A DNA stretch of 64,000 bases from Oopsacas minuta (GCA_024704765.1 JAKMXF010000188.1:491015-555014); one strand, 5' to 3'. Numbered from the stretch's first letter, positions 1 to 12,538 are shown. The notes: generated from the sequence alone by a model not told the origin. Made by a program: numbers and translations.

Positions 1-618
1 CGAAATTGGAAGCATCATCTTGAGTAATATGCTAAAAGGTGCGAATCTACGCACCCAAATACCCCTGACAACATGTTGAAACCTAATCTCTATCATACTT
101 TTGAATTTACTTACAAAGGTGGAAAATATGATTAACCACCAAAAGGTGTGAAAATTCACTAAAAGATTCATACCAGAGGTGCAAATGTATATGCATATTG
201 GGTCTGAGATTTGAACCTCGGGTATGGATTTTTCTATGCATACCAATCTCCCTATTAATCGGAACGCTAGATTTCGCACCTCTGCGCTGACGTACGTACA
301 GACGTAGTTCTTGTCATTTGAAATAGCTTCCAACAATACTGATATTGCAAATCCGACAAAAGTTCCATGTTCCAACTAGTGTCAGTTTATGCAGGTTAAT
401 ATCGCACGGCTCCGTCCGCAGACGGAAATACGGACGTCGCACATGGTGACAATGGGGCATCTCCCTAAAGGAGCCGCACTAAAAATCGCTAAAATATTCT
501 CAGTAAAAGAACTATTTTCAATTAGTAACTAAAGTGTATTGTAATCAAAATTAGATATTTACAGTTACGTTTATTATAATAATCATTCGTAATATTATTG
601 TACTTTTACCAAAAATAC

Positions 619-1840
619 CTTTGATAATTGTTTATCCTTCTGAACTGAATTGTTATTATCTTTGTTACCATTAATGATTTCTTTCTCAGAAGAATTGGTA
701 CTGCTTTTTTCTTTTGTAATATTGTTAGTGGTTTCATTAGGAATCAATTCAGTTTCATCTACACAAACTTCATCGCTAGTTATATTGTCTGTAGAATTGA
801 GTAATGAAGGGTGCTGATAACTCTCTAAACCTTCACTAATAAAATCGTGACTACTTTTGGGTTGTAAAAGAATCTCAGAAGTTTGCATCTGATCAGAATC
901 TGCATCTGTTCCATCTTCCAACTCATCTCCGAAAGAGAGTAGGTTTAGATTCTTAACAGATTTCCTAGTGTCAATTTTAGGTAGAATGGAATTTGAAAGG
1001 TTTGAAATAAATGAATCTTGTTTCTTCGGTTCGAGATCTTGAAACGGATTGGATAGAATTTGAACTTTGATTATTTTAGGAGGATCAAGAGGTCTGTCAT
1101 TACTATCTGTCGTAACGTCATTAAACCTCAAAAGATTATACTTTGTGTCTCCTGTCACCTATTTTAAACAGAAGTATAAAAGCTCATAGTATACTCGTAT
1201 AAGGTGTTTATGAATATACTGTAGCTTAGAAGAGTACGGATATTTTACTTTTGAGATTGTAAAATCGGAATCTTAAAATATATAGAATAACGCAAAATTG
1301 TCAGAAATGATATATTCAAACTAACAAAACGAATATTTTAATTATTATTGGCGAGCCTTTGGCTCGAGGTCTCGAGATATACTTTATTCTTCATATGACG
1401 GCCATTCCCCCTATAGGGACTGCACTAATTAAATTGTATAATAAAACTATAATATATTTACATAGGACAAATTTAAAACGCGAAATCCAGATTCAGCGTA
1501 CTTTGTTATCCTTGTATAGCCGTTGAGAGTAGTCTACATGTATATTCGGTTTCAATAATTAGTTTGCTACGTATGTATTCAGCTCAGCTCAGCTAAAGCT
1601 GCGAGTTCTTAATTCTTGGCGAAGAGAAGAGATAAAGAAATGATAATTTTAAAACATGATTTCATTTAGTGAACTAAGAGAGCATTTCTGGCCAGTCTGG
1701 TAGAATCTTAACTTTATAAAGATACATAATCTGATTTACATGTTTACATAAGAAGAAAGGTTAATTTACATTTCATATGAGTAATAGAAAGTTTTTAAAT
1801 AATTTACCTAACATAAGCTTATTCCAGGCAATAACAAGTA

Positions 1841-1917
<77 letters not shown>

Positions 1918-2368
1918 GTAATAGTAGTATACAACAAATCTTTACGATTCAAGAACCTTTCTACGAAACTATTAGTCAACCACCTAACGAAGAACCCGAT
2001 AATACTCCAGATGTATAAGACACAATCAATACCACAATTACAACTGATTTAGAATATACTAGTTCAGAAAATTCAAATGATCATCTCTAAACCAAACATG
2101 ATTACATACCTGTCAGCAATCAACTTTTTCAGAAACCACCATTGCTCAAATCCACTTTATATAGTAACTCCCATAAATAATATTAGTAAGCCCATACGCT
2201 TTATCATCCTTTGTTACTCAGAAATCTAGAATGTTCCTTCAAACCTTAGAATAGCAGCAATCAGTTATATTTAGTACTATAGTTGTGTTTGTACTGATGA
2301 GCTGGATAAATAGCCAGCGAAACAAATTATGTTATTGTCTACTACTATTAAATCTACATATACTCTTT

Positions 2369-2445
<77 letters not shown>

Positions 2446-5400
2446 GTGTGACATCATATAGATTACTGATATAAGCACTGTAGAGCTATTTGGCATAAAT
2501 TATTTTCAAACTAAATATTAATTTAAAATTGTTTACAAAATCTACAACCAAAATGGAGTTTGAAGATAAGAGAGTATTCCAGAACTGTAACCAGCAGTGC
2601 AGAGAATTAGAAGAGAAGATCTTGAATGTGGAAACACCAGAGGCTGATTCTTATAAAAACAGGAACATAATAAACCAGATTGAGGCAAAATACCAAGGTA
2701 GTCATCCATTAGATCAGATAGATTAAAGTCATAGGAGAAGAAAGAGCTCTCCTGCAAAAATAAAATAGAGAATTCAGAGGATAAGATTTTGTCAGTCAGT
2801 ACTGAGGAAGTTAGAGGAGATATAAGGAAATCTCACAGTTTTGTGAGCACGAGTATCACAGAAATCAACACTATAGTTCTTAATGACAGAGACCAAGCAG
2901 AACTAAAGAACACATTTATCAGAGAGATTATTTTGGAAAAGGAAATGATAAATAAAAAGGAAGAGATAAAAGGTTTGAACAAAGCGCTGAAAGAAAGATA
3001 TGATAGATTAGAACGGCTGAATACAATGATTGATATATTACTCAATGCAGAACAACCGGAAATGAAATATAATCAGCTGAAACAATCCAAGAGATCTCGC
3101 AGCAAAACAATCAAGAGGGATATGTCTAATACACTGGAAATAATGTCAAATCTGAGGAGAAATACAAGTCCAAATGAGATAGTATCTTTTGGCAGATACA
3201 GATAGGATGAGGAAGAATGCTCTGCCTGGTTCAAAATTAAAGATAAAGCTAAGAAACTAAGTTCTGATGAATCAATTCGTTCTATCATAAATATCAAACA
3301 GAATATTGAATGTAGAATAAATTATGTTACTTTTATTAGACTAAGCGATGTTCCAACTAACGACTAACGAGTGGAAAGCCTGGCTTGGGAAAAAGAAGTG
3401 TTGTGCAGAGAGAGACAGACCGGCAGCTTATCTCCTGGAGTAGTCATTAACGTTCCTAGCATACTAGATGAAGAATATCAGGATAAATTCTATCAACCTG
3501 TCATGATTATGTTTACTAACAGAACTCATGCTGAAGGGTTTACTGTTAGAAAGGTGTTCTCCTTCAATGTATTCAGTCCTTAGCATTGAATAGCTAACTA
3601 TTGATGATATACTGATTTGTCTGCTGCTACATGTATATGAATCTAGACTCCCTCATCTTAAACTTAACGTTACTTGTGTGATAATAATATATTCCTTTGT
3701 ATTTTATATTATTTCTACGGGTATGATTCGGTCCCAGGCCTAGCCTTGGATCCTGGCCAATAGAGATTGTAACAATATATATTAGTTATCAGGGCAATAA
3801 TGACTCTAGCTACGCCCCTGGATTCATTACTTGAAGGTCGTCTCAATTAAGTTGAGTCTACAGTACATCAGTACATGTACGCTCGGTATACATATAGTGT
3901 AATCAGGGGCGTCTGAAACGCCGTGATTACAGCAGCCATAGGCGAGGCAACCATTTCCAAAACATTTTTGTTACATCTCACTTGTGACCTATGATCCTGG
4001 AATTTCTCTTTGTTCATTTGTCAAGGAGTTACAAGCTCCTATTAGACGTATTGGTTCTTGTTGAGATTTGTAATATCTGCGATAAATTTTAGCTTACAAA
4101 TTTATACAAAATATCTTCGAACAACTCCATAATGGTGCAGGCCAGGCCCTTGAACAGTAGAAAAGCTAAATTATGATCTTTGTAGGCCTACTAATGTGTT
4201 TAAGCGACGGTTGGTTAGCCGAAAAACACGATTCTGTCAGGCAGAAAACTGTATAATTCTATTTTCAAGTTACCATTAAGATGAAGAAACTTTAGTTTTG
4301 ATAAATAAAGGGCCGCGGCAAAAATAAAGTGGCCAATCGCAACACTGAAACATGCATATAGAAAATATCGCGGTGACATATAAGTACCTAAAATTTATTG
4401 AGTATGCTGAATTGAATTTCACACGTTTTAATCAATCATATTTATTTAAATATATTTGCTGCTTTACTAATATCGTATAAAGTAAACTAACAATAGAAAT
4501 CTCATAATAAACATAGCGAAAGATACAGAAGGGCAACAAATTAAGCTGAATCCAATTTTCGCATTTCCAAGTATCTCAAGTACAGTAGAGTCTCGTTAAT
4601 ACGAACAGGGTTAAGGAGTACAAATTTGTCTACTTTATCAGTCCCCTTCGTTGCCTTTTCAATGTAAATTAGTTCGAATAATACGTACTCCGGATAAGGA
4701 GTATGAATTTTGGCAGTCCCCCGTGTACATATTAACGAGAGTCTACCGTATGTAAATTTATTGTTGTATTTATGAATATTAAGGAAGAAAAGGCTGGTAT
4801 CAAATTATATGTAGTGACATAGCATAGATAGAAACTTGCTCGAAGAGTCGTACTAAGTGTGCTGTTTTGGAATGATGGAGATTTATTATTACTGCATTTG
4901 AATTCGTATAAAGTATCTAAAATAACTTCGTACTATCTCACACACACTTGGGCTCGATAAATCCAAAAAGCTTTAATTAAACTACACAATAGGATAGGAT
5001 ATACAGTGGCGTATCCAGGATTGTCGTGAGGGGGTGTTTGAGCGAGTGACGGTAAGGGGGGGTCTGGGAGCAAGCCTCCCAGAAAATTTTTTGAATCTTA
5101 GACGCTCAACATCGATGTACAGCTATTCTTGTCACATAGTAGGAGGAGTGTAATATTGTTGCATTGTACCAAAGTTGTTTAGATGTTTATGTTAGATAAC
5201 AAGGTAATTTTTTGACATAATTATATTTACACTGTTTAGTGAATACAAATATAGTCTGCTAATACGTTAGTCATCTGGAGTCTTTTGGGATATCGTCTGG
5301 AAAACTCGTTGAAAAAATAATTATGAAATTGGATAGCATTCTGTAAATAAGATTCCGAAAGCTCTGCGCTTATTAAGGAAAATAAAATTATAAATAACAG

Positions 5401-5901
5401 CATATCCCTGTTGGAAACCAGTTAGGAGGGGGTGTTTGAACACCCAAATCCCCCCTAGATACACCACTGATATACGACACAATAAGAATACTAAATACTA
5501 TTTACCTGTCCAAATATTGTGTGCTGCTTGTTGAGATGCTCGTGGGCTCCTAATGTGAAGAAGAACTGAGAAGTGTTGTCATTACGATTAGCACCAGCAG
5601 TAGCTAGGAGACCCCGTCTACAGAACCTCAATCTCTGGTGAGATTCCAGTTTGAAAGGAGCCCCGTAAATAGACTCCCCCTCGTCCCCGGTTCCTGACTT
5701 ATCTCCTCCTTGTGCCATAAACTGAGGAACAATCCGGTGGAATATGGTACCGGTATAGTAGCCGTCTATGCACAGCTGAACAAAGTTCCTACAAGCAAGA
5801 GGCGCCTCTTTCGACCACAGCTCGATGTCTAACTCACCGAGTGTTGTCACCATCAGCACCTTACCATTGGTGGGAGGCTCGTGTATGTAAATATTGCTCA
5901 T
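619..5901 (-). CDS. CWC27: Spliceosome-associated cyclophilin-type PPIase CWC27 (exon 5901-5506, exon 1158-~619; likely continues beyond the left edge)
   Basis: MSNIYIHEPPTNGKVLMVTTLGELDIELWSKEAPLACRNFVQLC...HTIFGQ joins in phase 0 (CAG|GTAAAT at 5506/5505; AAATAG|GTG at 1159/1158) to VTGDTKYNLLRFNDV...DRPLDPPKI...NPFQDL and NLNLLSFGDE, all typical of CWC27. The 3' end of exon 2 (AAG|GTATTT at 619) is tentative. Confidence 0.92.
1843..1917. repeat. (AAT)n microsatellite
   Basis: Direct reading; source of the spurious poly-Ile ORFs. Confidence 0.95.
2372..2443. repeat. (AAT)n microsatellite
   Basis: Direct reading. Confidence 0.95.
2529..3583 (+). pseudogene. Disrupted coiled-coil-rich ORF of unknown family, antisense within the CWC27 intron
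   Basis: ORFs 2789-3205 and 3371-3583 share a frame and are separated only by in-frame stops; 2529-2726 is in another frame; charged, helical composition. Confidence 0.45.
4583..4748. mobile_element. 166 bp Tc1/pogo-type MITE
   Basis: TA|CAGTAGAGTCTCGTTAATA ... TATTAACGAGAGTCTACCG|TA: imperfect TIR, TA TSD. Confidence 0.75.
5004..5469. mobile_element. Non-autonomous TIR element (CAGTGGCGTATC... termini)
   Basis: Left end CAGTGGCGTATCCAG; right end reverse-complements to CAGTGGTGTATCTAG; ATATA on both flanks; GGGGGTGTTTGA motif near both ends. Confidence 0.65.
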
Positions 5902-5995
5902 ACTAGTTAAGTATAATGCTAGAGGATTGATACTACATTGATTGCTATAGAAATATGAGACAAAGTAATATTAACAAATATTTAGTATTATTATA

Positions 5996-8890
5996 CTAGA
6001 ACCAGATAAGTACACCGTCTGGAGCATTACCTAGATCCCTAGTGCCTCTAGCCAGTTTTACGAATTCTTGAGAACTGTTACTATCCAAACCCTCGTTCAG
6101 ATAACACAGCCAATATCTCAAGTTAGGAAACCAAATCTTCAGAATCTGTTTCAACTGATTTTCCAGAGCATTTCTAACAAATCTACATTTCTCATTCAAT
6201 TCTTTGACAATAAAAGGAATAGAGAGAGAACAGCCTATGTCATGAAGGATATTATTCAGGTCTGTGAGTCCAGTGTCTTCCACCCCTGAATTGACAGTTA
6301 GAGGAGAGTTTGATATTTCTTCTTCACTAGTAGCGCTAGAGTGTATAGCTTCTGGTATAAGAGAGAATCCTATAGCTTCTTTCTCAAGGAAGATACAGAG
6401 AGTGAAAGTCTCAAAGCTTATGTAAGCAACATCAGAGTATAATTCTGGATCCCTCATGCCCTCTTTTATGCAGGCACAGACAAGATAGGTATACATATTC
6501 CTAAGCAGCTGTTCATGTTGAAACATAAAGTATAGAGGAGCTATACGACTAGTACCTTCTCTCAAATCATTGAGGAAATTCAAAGGAGGAGCTCTCTCTA
6601 CAAGTGAAGGTGCATAAAACAGATCCGATCTCTTCTTGATGTTCCTCCAGCTTTTGGGTTGAGCTATGATATTCATTGCATCAAGAATCTCCATAACATA
6701 CTGCTCTGATTCCTCCGTGAGAGAAATATCTAGCCAAGCACATCTACGGAACCTGTACATGAGTTGGCCAGTATCATGTAGCAGAGACTTAGCATCTTTA
6801 CAAGTTGTGTTAGCGAAGCTTTTAACAGGGTTAAATAGGTTAGCAACTAGATCCACCAAGAACTGAGGTTCTAGAATAATGTACTGACGTAGTATAGGAT
6901 GCTTAGCGTAGAACAGAATCATGCCAATGTCATGAAAATAGGATAACATTGGGATAACATCCATTGGCTCACAGATCTGAGCACGAGCTGAAATATATAT
7001 CATCACAGACTTGAGTGAGTTTATTTCCTGTCTCTGCTCTCTCAGCTCGTATATAATTCTCTCGAACTGAGACCACTGAAGCGGTATAGGCTGTCTCAGT
7101 ACTGGAATTTCAAACGCTAGATTCTCAATATCTCTCCTCAGGAAGTGTAAAGGCTCCATCTCAACCGTCCCTTCGTCTATATCTTTAATGAATTGTTCGT
7201 CTTCTATCGTGTTAAGCAGGAAGCTGTACATGGGGTCACACAGATAAAAGGAGAACTTCTTGCGGTGCTTGTTCACTATGTCTCGTATCAAAATCTTAAC
7301 TAACTTTTGAGAGTGAGGATCTACTAATTGGTCGGAATGAGTGCCTACTATTATTACAGAGGGAGTCCAAGCAATGTCTGACTTAGCAGGTGCTAATGCG
7401 TCTAGAGATATAGAACTATTGGAAAACATACAAGAGATGAGAGACAGCCAGTAAACAAGAGTCTTCTCAGTCTCTGTAACTCCGGACTCTTCCATCTCGA
7501 TATGCTCTTGGAACATTTTAGCTGCGTTATACGTGACTATGTAACCAGAACGGCTGCTCAGGAAGAAAGGGATTATTGTTCGAAACTTTTCATCTCCACT
7601 GAAGTCCCAAAAGTTTAAAGAGAGGTACTCAGATTCTTCTGGGTATGGAGCTTTCTGGAAGACTTCGTTAGCCCATCTGAAGTGCAGTCTGTGTAGAATC
7701 TGCTCATCTATTATATGGTTTTTAAGGTATGGGGAGAATGTAACCTGTTCCTTTACTATGGTCTTAGGAGTGGTGGGAGCGTCTGTGAGTAAATCGGTAC
7801 AAATAGGGAGACTTTGGGGAGGATGGAAGTTTTCCTCTGATTCTAAGTCCAATGAAACATCAGCATCTAAGAACTTGACACCCTTAGCAGGAATAGGGGA
7901 GGGGGGACCATGATGAGTAGCTGTGTATGATTTCATGAACTTTTTCTTCTGAATTAGAGACTTTTTGTTTTTGAGTTCGTTTAGCATCTGGCGTATAACA
8001 AGATCTGTGTACTCTAACTTAACTCGTTGTACAGCTAGATTCTTGTTAGCGTTAGGACTAGGCTCAGAGATCCAATCTTTATACTGCTTAGTTTTTATTC
8101 TGCAGGCAGAAGGGTCGGCATGTATCCCCTGGGTGGGAGGGGTCTGATTGTTCTTCTGTAGGTGGAACTCTCCAGTAAGAGCGTACTTGAGGTTGGTCTT
8201 CCCACAGCCATGACCCCCGACTATCATTAGAAGGAATCGGTGCTCAGGTTTGAGTGAGTATCTGATAGCTTTCTGGTATGCTTCTACTACATCTTTTTCC
8301 AGAGAGTTAATCTCAGAGACACCCGTGTCATCCCTTCTCTCCTTCTCCTTGTTGATGAGGAAGAACACATCCAAGTGTTTGTATCTATCAGCTACAGCTA
8401 GTGGTGTCTCTCCGATGTTATTCTCCTTGTCCAGAGAAGCTCCATGCTTGATTAAATGCCTAGCTATAGGATAATATCCGTATTTAGATGCGTAGTGTAG
8501 AGCAGTAGCTCCTGCATCACTAGGTACGTCTATAGCATCTGGGCACTTAGAGGCTAAGAAACTAACAACAGCTGTCTGCTTAGCAAATGTAGCTCTGTGG
8601 AGACAAGTCTCCCCCTGGTTATTCAATATAGTAGCTGAAGCTCTGGCACATACTAGGATCTTTACTACACTCAGGTGTCCACCTTCTGCCGCATGGTGGA
8701 GAGCAGTTGAGCCCCAGTCGTTTCGGGAGTCAAGGATTTGCTTTTGGAAGTTCGAACATTTCCTGATTATGGAAGTAACTTGTCGGTCGTCTCCAGACTG
8801 AGCAGCGTCTATTAGATTCCTAACAATAAAGTAGTGTCTGTCTTCTGGTACCTTAACATGGGCAGTACGGTCAGTGGTACTTGATGACAT
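5996..8890 (-). CDS. Ankyrin-repeat Roc-COR (ROCO family) GTPase, 964 aa, no kinase domain
   Basis: N-terminal ankyrin repeats (GSTALHHAAEGGH, GETCLHRA, GATALHYASKYG, GETPLAVA); P-loop GGHGCGKT; FWDFSGD; VGTHSD; COR-like IPLQWSQFE, FHDIGMILFY and IILEPQFL segments; single ORF. Confidence 0.88.
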   Translation of the reverse strand: MSSSTTDRTAHVKVPEDRHYFIVRNLIDAAQSGDDRQVTSIIRKCSNFQKQILDSRNDWGSTALHHAAEGGHLSVVKILVCARASATILNNQGETCLHRATFAKQTAVVSFLASKCPDAIDVPSDAGATALHYASKYGYYPIARHLIKHGASLDKENNIGETPLAVADRYKHLDVFFLINKEKERRDDTGVSEINSLEKDVVEAYQKAIRYSLKPEHRFLLMIVGGHGCGKTNLKYALTGEFHLQKNNQTPPTQGIHADPSACRIKTKQYKDWISEPSPNANKNLAVQRVKLEYTDLVIRQMLNELKNKKSLIQKKKFMKSYTATHHGPPSPIPAKGVKFLDADVSLDLESEENFHPPQSLPICTDLLTDAPTTPKTIVKEQVTFSPYLKNHIIDEQILHRLHFRWANEVFQKAPYPEESEYLSLNFWDFSGDEKFRTIIPFFLSSRSGYIVTYNAAKMFQEHIEMEESGVTETEKTLVYWLSLISCMFSNSSISLDALAPAKSDIAWTPSVIIVGTHSDQLVDPHSQKLVKILIRDIVNKHRKKFSFYLCDPMYSFLLNTIEDEQFIKDIDEGTVEMEPLHFLRRDIENLAFEIPVLRQPIPLQWSQFERIIYELREQRQEINSLKSVMIYISARAQICEPMDVIPMLSYFHDIGMILFYAKHPILRQYIILEPQFLVDLVANLFNPVKSFANTTCKDAKSLLHDTGQLMYRFRRCAWLDISLTEESEQYVMEILDAMNIIAQPKSWRNIKKRSDLFYAPSLVERAPPLNFLNDLREGTSRIAPLYFMFQHEQLLRNMYTYLVCACIKEGMRDPELYSDVAYISFETFTLCIFLEKEAIGFSLIPEAIHSSATSEEEISNSPLTVNSGVEDTGLTDLNNILHDIGCSLSIPFIVKELNEKCRFVRNALENQLKQILKIWFPNLRYWLCYLNEGLDSNSSQEFVKLARGTRDLGNAPDGVLIWF

Positions 8891-9332
8891 CCTATTAGCC
8901 TATTATTCTTACAACTGACTACTTTGTGTAATGTCTATGTATACTCGTGCAGTGCATTACATGATCAGATTACATATTACATAATTTGATTTAAGACATT
9001 CTAACAAAGTACGTATAGAATAGAAATAACAAATTCCATCAGATTAATTTATTAATTTGAGACAAAACGATAGTTGCATTATAGAGTAAACACGAGGCAG
9101 GAAAGATAATCTCTCCTATTGGAAACATACAAAAATTTCATTCATATGATATCAAAATAACAATAACAGATTACAAAGCATTACTCTATCAGAAGGTTAG
9201 TACAATGGAGAAAAGAAACGAATATGAAATAAAATATAATTTATGCATCAGATTAATTGAGTAAAGGTTTGATGCTAGGGAATACTAATTATCTATTATA
9301 GGGCTGTGTCCAACAAAGCAGTGAGCATGATA

Positions 9333-11351
9333 TCAATCCCAATCAGATTGTTTGCTCCTGGAAGGGGGAGATTGGTGCGTTGTTCTGGGAGGGGATAGCT
9401 GTTGCTGGTGAGACTGTGTGGGAAAAGAATCGAAAGAACCTTGGTTTCCATAATCATATTGCTGGTCATGACCTCTATAACGTGGAGAATTTTTATAATT
9501 AGGTCTACGATCTGTTCCGCCGAATTCCTCCATTGAAGGTCCATGTTGTGTCCCTATTGCCTGTTCAGCCGAGTCTTCAAGGAACTGAGGTACATCCTGC
9601 TGGGTGAATGAGAGGAGGTGAACAAGTCTGCGAGCTATACATGAATCAGTGTTAAGATCAAAGAAAGATGTAGCTAAGCCAACATTTCCAATCCTTCCTG
9701 TCCTTCCAATCCTATGCACATACTCGTTAAAGTCGTTTAGCGGTAGATCGTAGTTAATCACATGATCTACATTCTTAATGTCCAGTCCTCTGGCTGCAAC
9801 CCCTGTAGCAATAAGTATCATTCTCTTGCCCGACTTAAAGTCGTATAAAGCTTGCTCTCTCTCCTGCTGCATACGACTACCGTGTATAGAGGTAGCCTGC
9901 ATGTGTTCCTGACATATCTGACTAGCCAACAAGTCTGTTTGACGTTTGTTCTCTACAAATACGATAACTTTCTTTCCATTACAATCCTTGAGTATTTTAA
10001 TAACTCGCCTCATCTTCTCGGTAGTAGGCACCTCTAAAATCACTTGTTTAATGTTGTGAGCTGGTTTCCCTTGCTTCCCTACTGTTATGAAGAGATAATT
10101 CGTTGATAGAATATTATCTGCTAACCTCTGGACCTCTTTAGGTAGAGTGGCACTGAATAGAATAGTTTGTCTCCGATCCCTAGATGGCATCTCATACTTA
10201 GTACAAATATCTTCTACATCCGGTAAGAACCCAATGTCAAACATCCTGTCAGCCTCATCAACGATTAGGAATCTGAGCATTTTGAGTGTTATCCTCCTAT
10301 TTCTAAGACAGTCCAACAATCTACCGGGTGTAGCTACTAATATGTGGCAACCTTTAGTCAATACACGGTTCTGATGACTTATAGAAGTCCCTCCATAGTA
10401 GAGACCCGGCTGTATGTCGCTGCCATAGGAGAATCTTTGAGCCTCTTGATAAACCTGTATAGCCAATTCTCTAGTTGGCACTAATACGAGTGCTGTAGGT
10501 GAAATAATCCCTTTCTGGTTAGGATCGGAGCATATATTGAGTTTTAACATAGACGAAATAATAGGCAATAGGAATGTAGCAGTTTTACCAGATCCTGTCT
10601 CTGCACAACCCATTAAGTCTCTCCTAGCTAGAATAGCAGGGATAGCATACTTCTGTACTGGAGTCATTTCTTTGTAGTTAGATTTAGCTATGTTCTCAAA
10701 TACTGACTTACAAAAATCAATTTCTCCAAAACTGTTTACATGTTTCGGGATATCATCGCCTGTTATGTCAACCTTCAAATCTTGGTATCTGTAGAACATA
10801 TCCCCTTGAGGTATAGGATCATCAAAATGAGCCTGATTATCAGAAGGGATGTAAGGTATGTTCGGTTTGCTCGGACCATTATTATCTCTCCCATCCCCAC
10901 GGCCTCTACCCCTCCCACCTCCTCCGCCTCTGTATTCTCCTCTACCACGGCTTCTATCATAAGACCCGCTATATCCCCTCTGTTGAGTACCTCTATAACT
11001 GGAATTTCTACCCTGATATCCTTGTTGTGCCTGTCTGTCTGAATTGTATCTGTCTCTCTGATCATACCCATTATGAGGATTACCTCTCCTATCCTCTGAC
11101 TGATATCTACCTCCTCCATTATAATCTCTACTATATCCTGAGCCCTGATAGTTCCTCCCTTCATGAGCATCTCTATTCCAATCCGGTTGTCCTTGTTGTT
11201 GGTAACGACCATTTCCTTCATGCATATCCTTGGGAAAACCATTTCTAAAAGAGCCTTGGGTTTGATTGTCATTGTAGTTTCCACGAGATCTATCAGAATG
11301 AGGATAATTCCCTCCCTGGTGCATTTGCCCTGAATCGTAGCCAGAAGCCAT
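9333..11351 (-). CDS. DDX4: Vasa/DDX4-type DEAD-box RNA helicase, 672 aa
   Basis: TPVQKYAIP, AETGSGKT, PTRELAIQV, YGGTS, TPGRLLD, DEADRM, SAT, ARGLD, HRIGRTGR; N-terminal RG/RGG tract; acidic Trp-containing C-terminus (SDWD) typical of Vasa. Confidence 0.82.
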   Translation of the reverse strand: MASGYDSGQMHQGGNYPHSDRSRGNYNDNQTQGSFRNGFPKDMHEGNGRYQQQGQPDWNRDAHEGRNYQGSGYSRDYNGGGRYQSEDRRGNPHNGYDQRDRYNSDRQAQQGYQGRNSSYRGTQQRGYSGSYDRSRGRGEYRGGGGGRGRGRGDGRDNNGPSKPNIPYIPSDNQAHFDDPIPQGDMFYRYQDLKVDITGDDIPKHVNSFGEIDFCKSVFENIAKSNYKEMTPVQKYAIPAILARRDLMGCAETGSGKTATFLLPIISSMLKLNICSDPNQKGIISPTALVLVPTRELAIQVYQEAQRFSYGSDIQPGLYYGGTSISHQNRVLTKGCHILVATPGRLLDCLRNRRITLKMLRFLIVDEADRMFDIGFLPDVEDICTKYEMPSRDRRQTILFSATLPKEVQRLADNILSTNYLFITVGKQGKPAHNIKQVILEVPTTEKMRRVIKILKDCNGKKVIVFVENKRQTDLLASQICQEHMQATSIHGSRMQQEREQALYDFKSGKRMILIATGVAARGLDIKNVDHVINYDLPLNDFNEYVHRIGRTGRIGNVGLATSFFDLNTDSCIARRLVHLLSFTQQDVPQFLEDSAEQAIGTQHGPSMEEFGGTDRRPNYKNSPRYRGHDQQYDYGNQGSFDSFPTQSHQQQLSPPRTTHQSPPSRSKQSDWD

Positions 11352-11694
11352 TCAAATAGAGAATTTTATTCAGAATTTCAGATAAGCGAATGAGTGCTAA
11401 AATATGATATAAACATATAAATCTAACAATACATATATCTCTTATAGTGAAAAATGCAATGTATGCAGAGTTCTAGCATAATTATTAATAATATATACAA
11501 ACCATGAATGTCAAGTTAGAATACAGTATACACTCTCGTTATTGCGAAGTGCTCGGAATCAGGTTTCATTTCGAATTTCATTGTAAGCGGAGTAAAATCA
11601 ATTCGTCCTAACGCGAGTTCATTAGATTCGACCGTAAACTAATGTAAACACTGGAAACTACAATTAATTCTGGGCAAATGTGATTAATCTTAAT

Positions 11695-12229
11695 AGGCTG
11701 ATATGTTGGAAAAATGCTAACGCTATAAAACGAATACTAATAATCTTTGATTTCGACGTTCAATTATGCAATATTCGAAATACTTTCCTATACAAAATAT
11801 CAAAAAATTGACATGATAAAGTTGGCTAGTTCACGAGTTACAGCAGAAACCATGGATTGTATTTCTATGTCATTATTCACTTATAACTTGATAATCGTTA
11901 CAATTATAGTCTTATCAAGATAGCCAATATATAATACACACCCAACTTCCCATACCCTGATAATACATTTTGATATGATATCTCTGAAGATTATTGCGTA
12001 ATATTGAAAATGACCATATATGGGCATACCCAGGATACGTCTCAATGGTAAGACATAAAAGTGCAATTCATGGTTTCAGCTGTAACTCAAGAACTAGCCC
12101 ACTTTATCATTACAATATTTTGTTATTTTGTATAGAAATATATTTCGAATATTGCATAATTGAACTTCGAAATCAAAGATCAATATTATTCGTTGTATAG
12201 CGTTAGCACTTTCTCCAACATATGAGTCT
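11695..12229. mobile_element. MITE-like element with ~110 bp imperfect inverted termini, between the divergent vasa and Rab-like genes
   Basis: ~11695-11805 (ATATGTTGGAAAAATGCTAACGCTATA...CAATTATGCAATATTCGAAATA) is the reverse complement, with scattered mismatches, of ~12118-12229; no clear TSD. Confidence 0.7.
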
Positions 12230-12538
12230 TTTCATCACATGACGTCTTTCCGACCTGAAAATATCTTCTAGATGTGGAATGTGTGATTCATCACATCATA
12301 TTTCTGAAACTTGATGACTACTTCAGTATATTTCCTAATATCAGATTTATTTGACTTTCAAATCGACTACAACGTACTTGTTATTTACCCCTGTCCAGAA
12401 AATATTTGTAGTTTCCAATCCTTATAATCCATACACGATCCTACTTGGTTATGCATAACCGGAGTTTACTATATATCAATAAGCTCTCTATTGGATTCAT
12501 ATGGTATCACATTAATTAATTCCTAGACCCTGTTAGCA

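Noticed and set aside
1773-2052. Poly-Ile membrane peptides (and poly-Thr/poly-Leu at 52170-52566)
   Set aside because: Translations of (AAT)n and (AAC)n microsatellites
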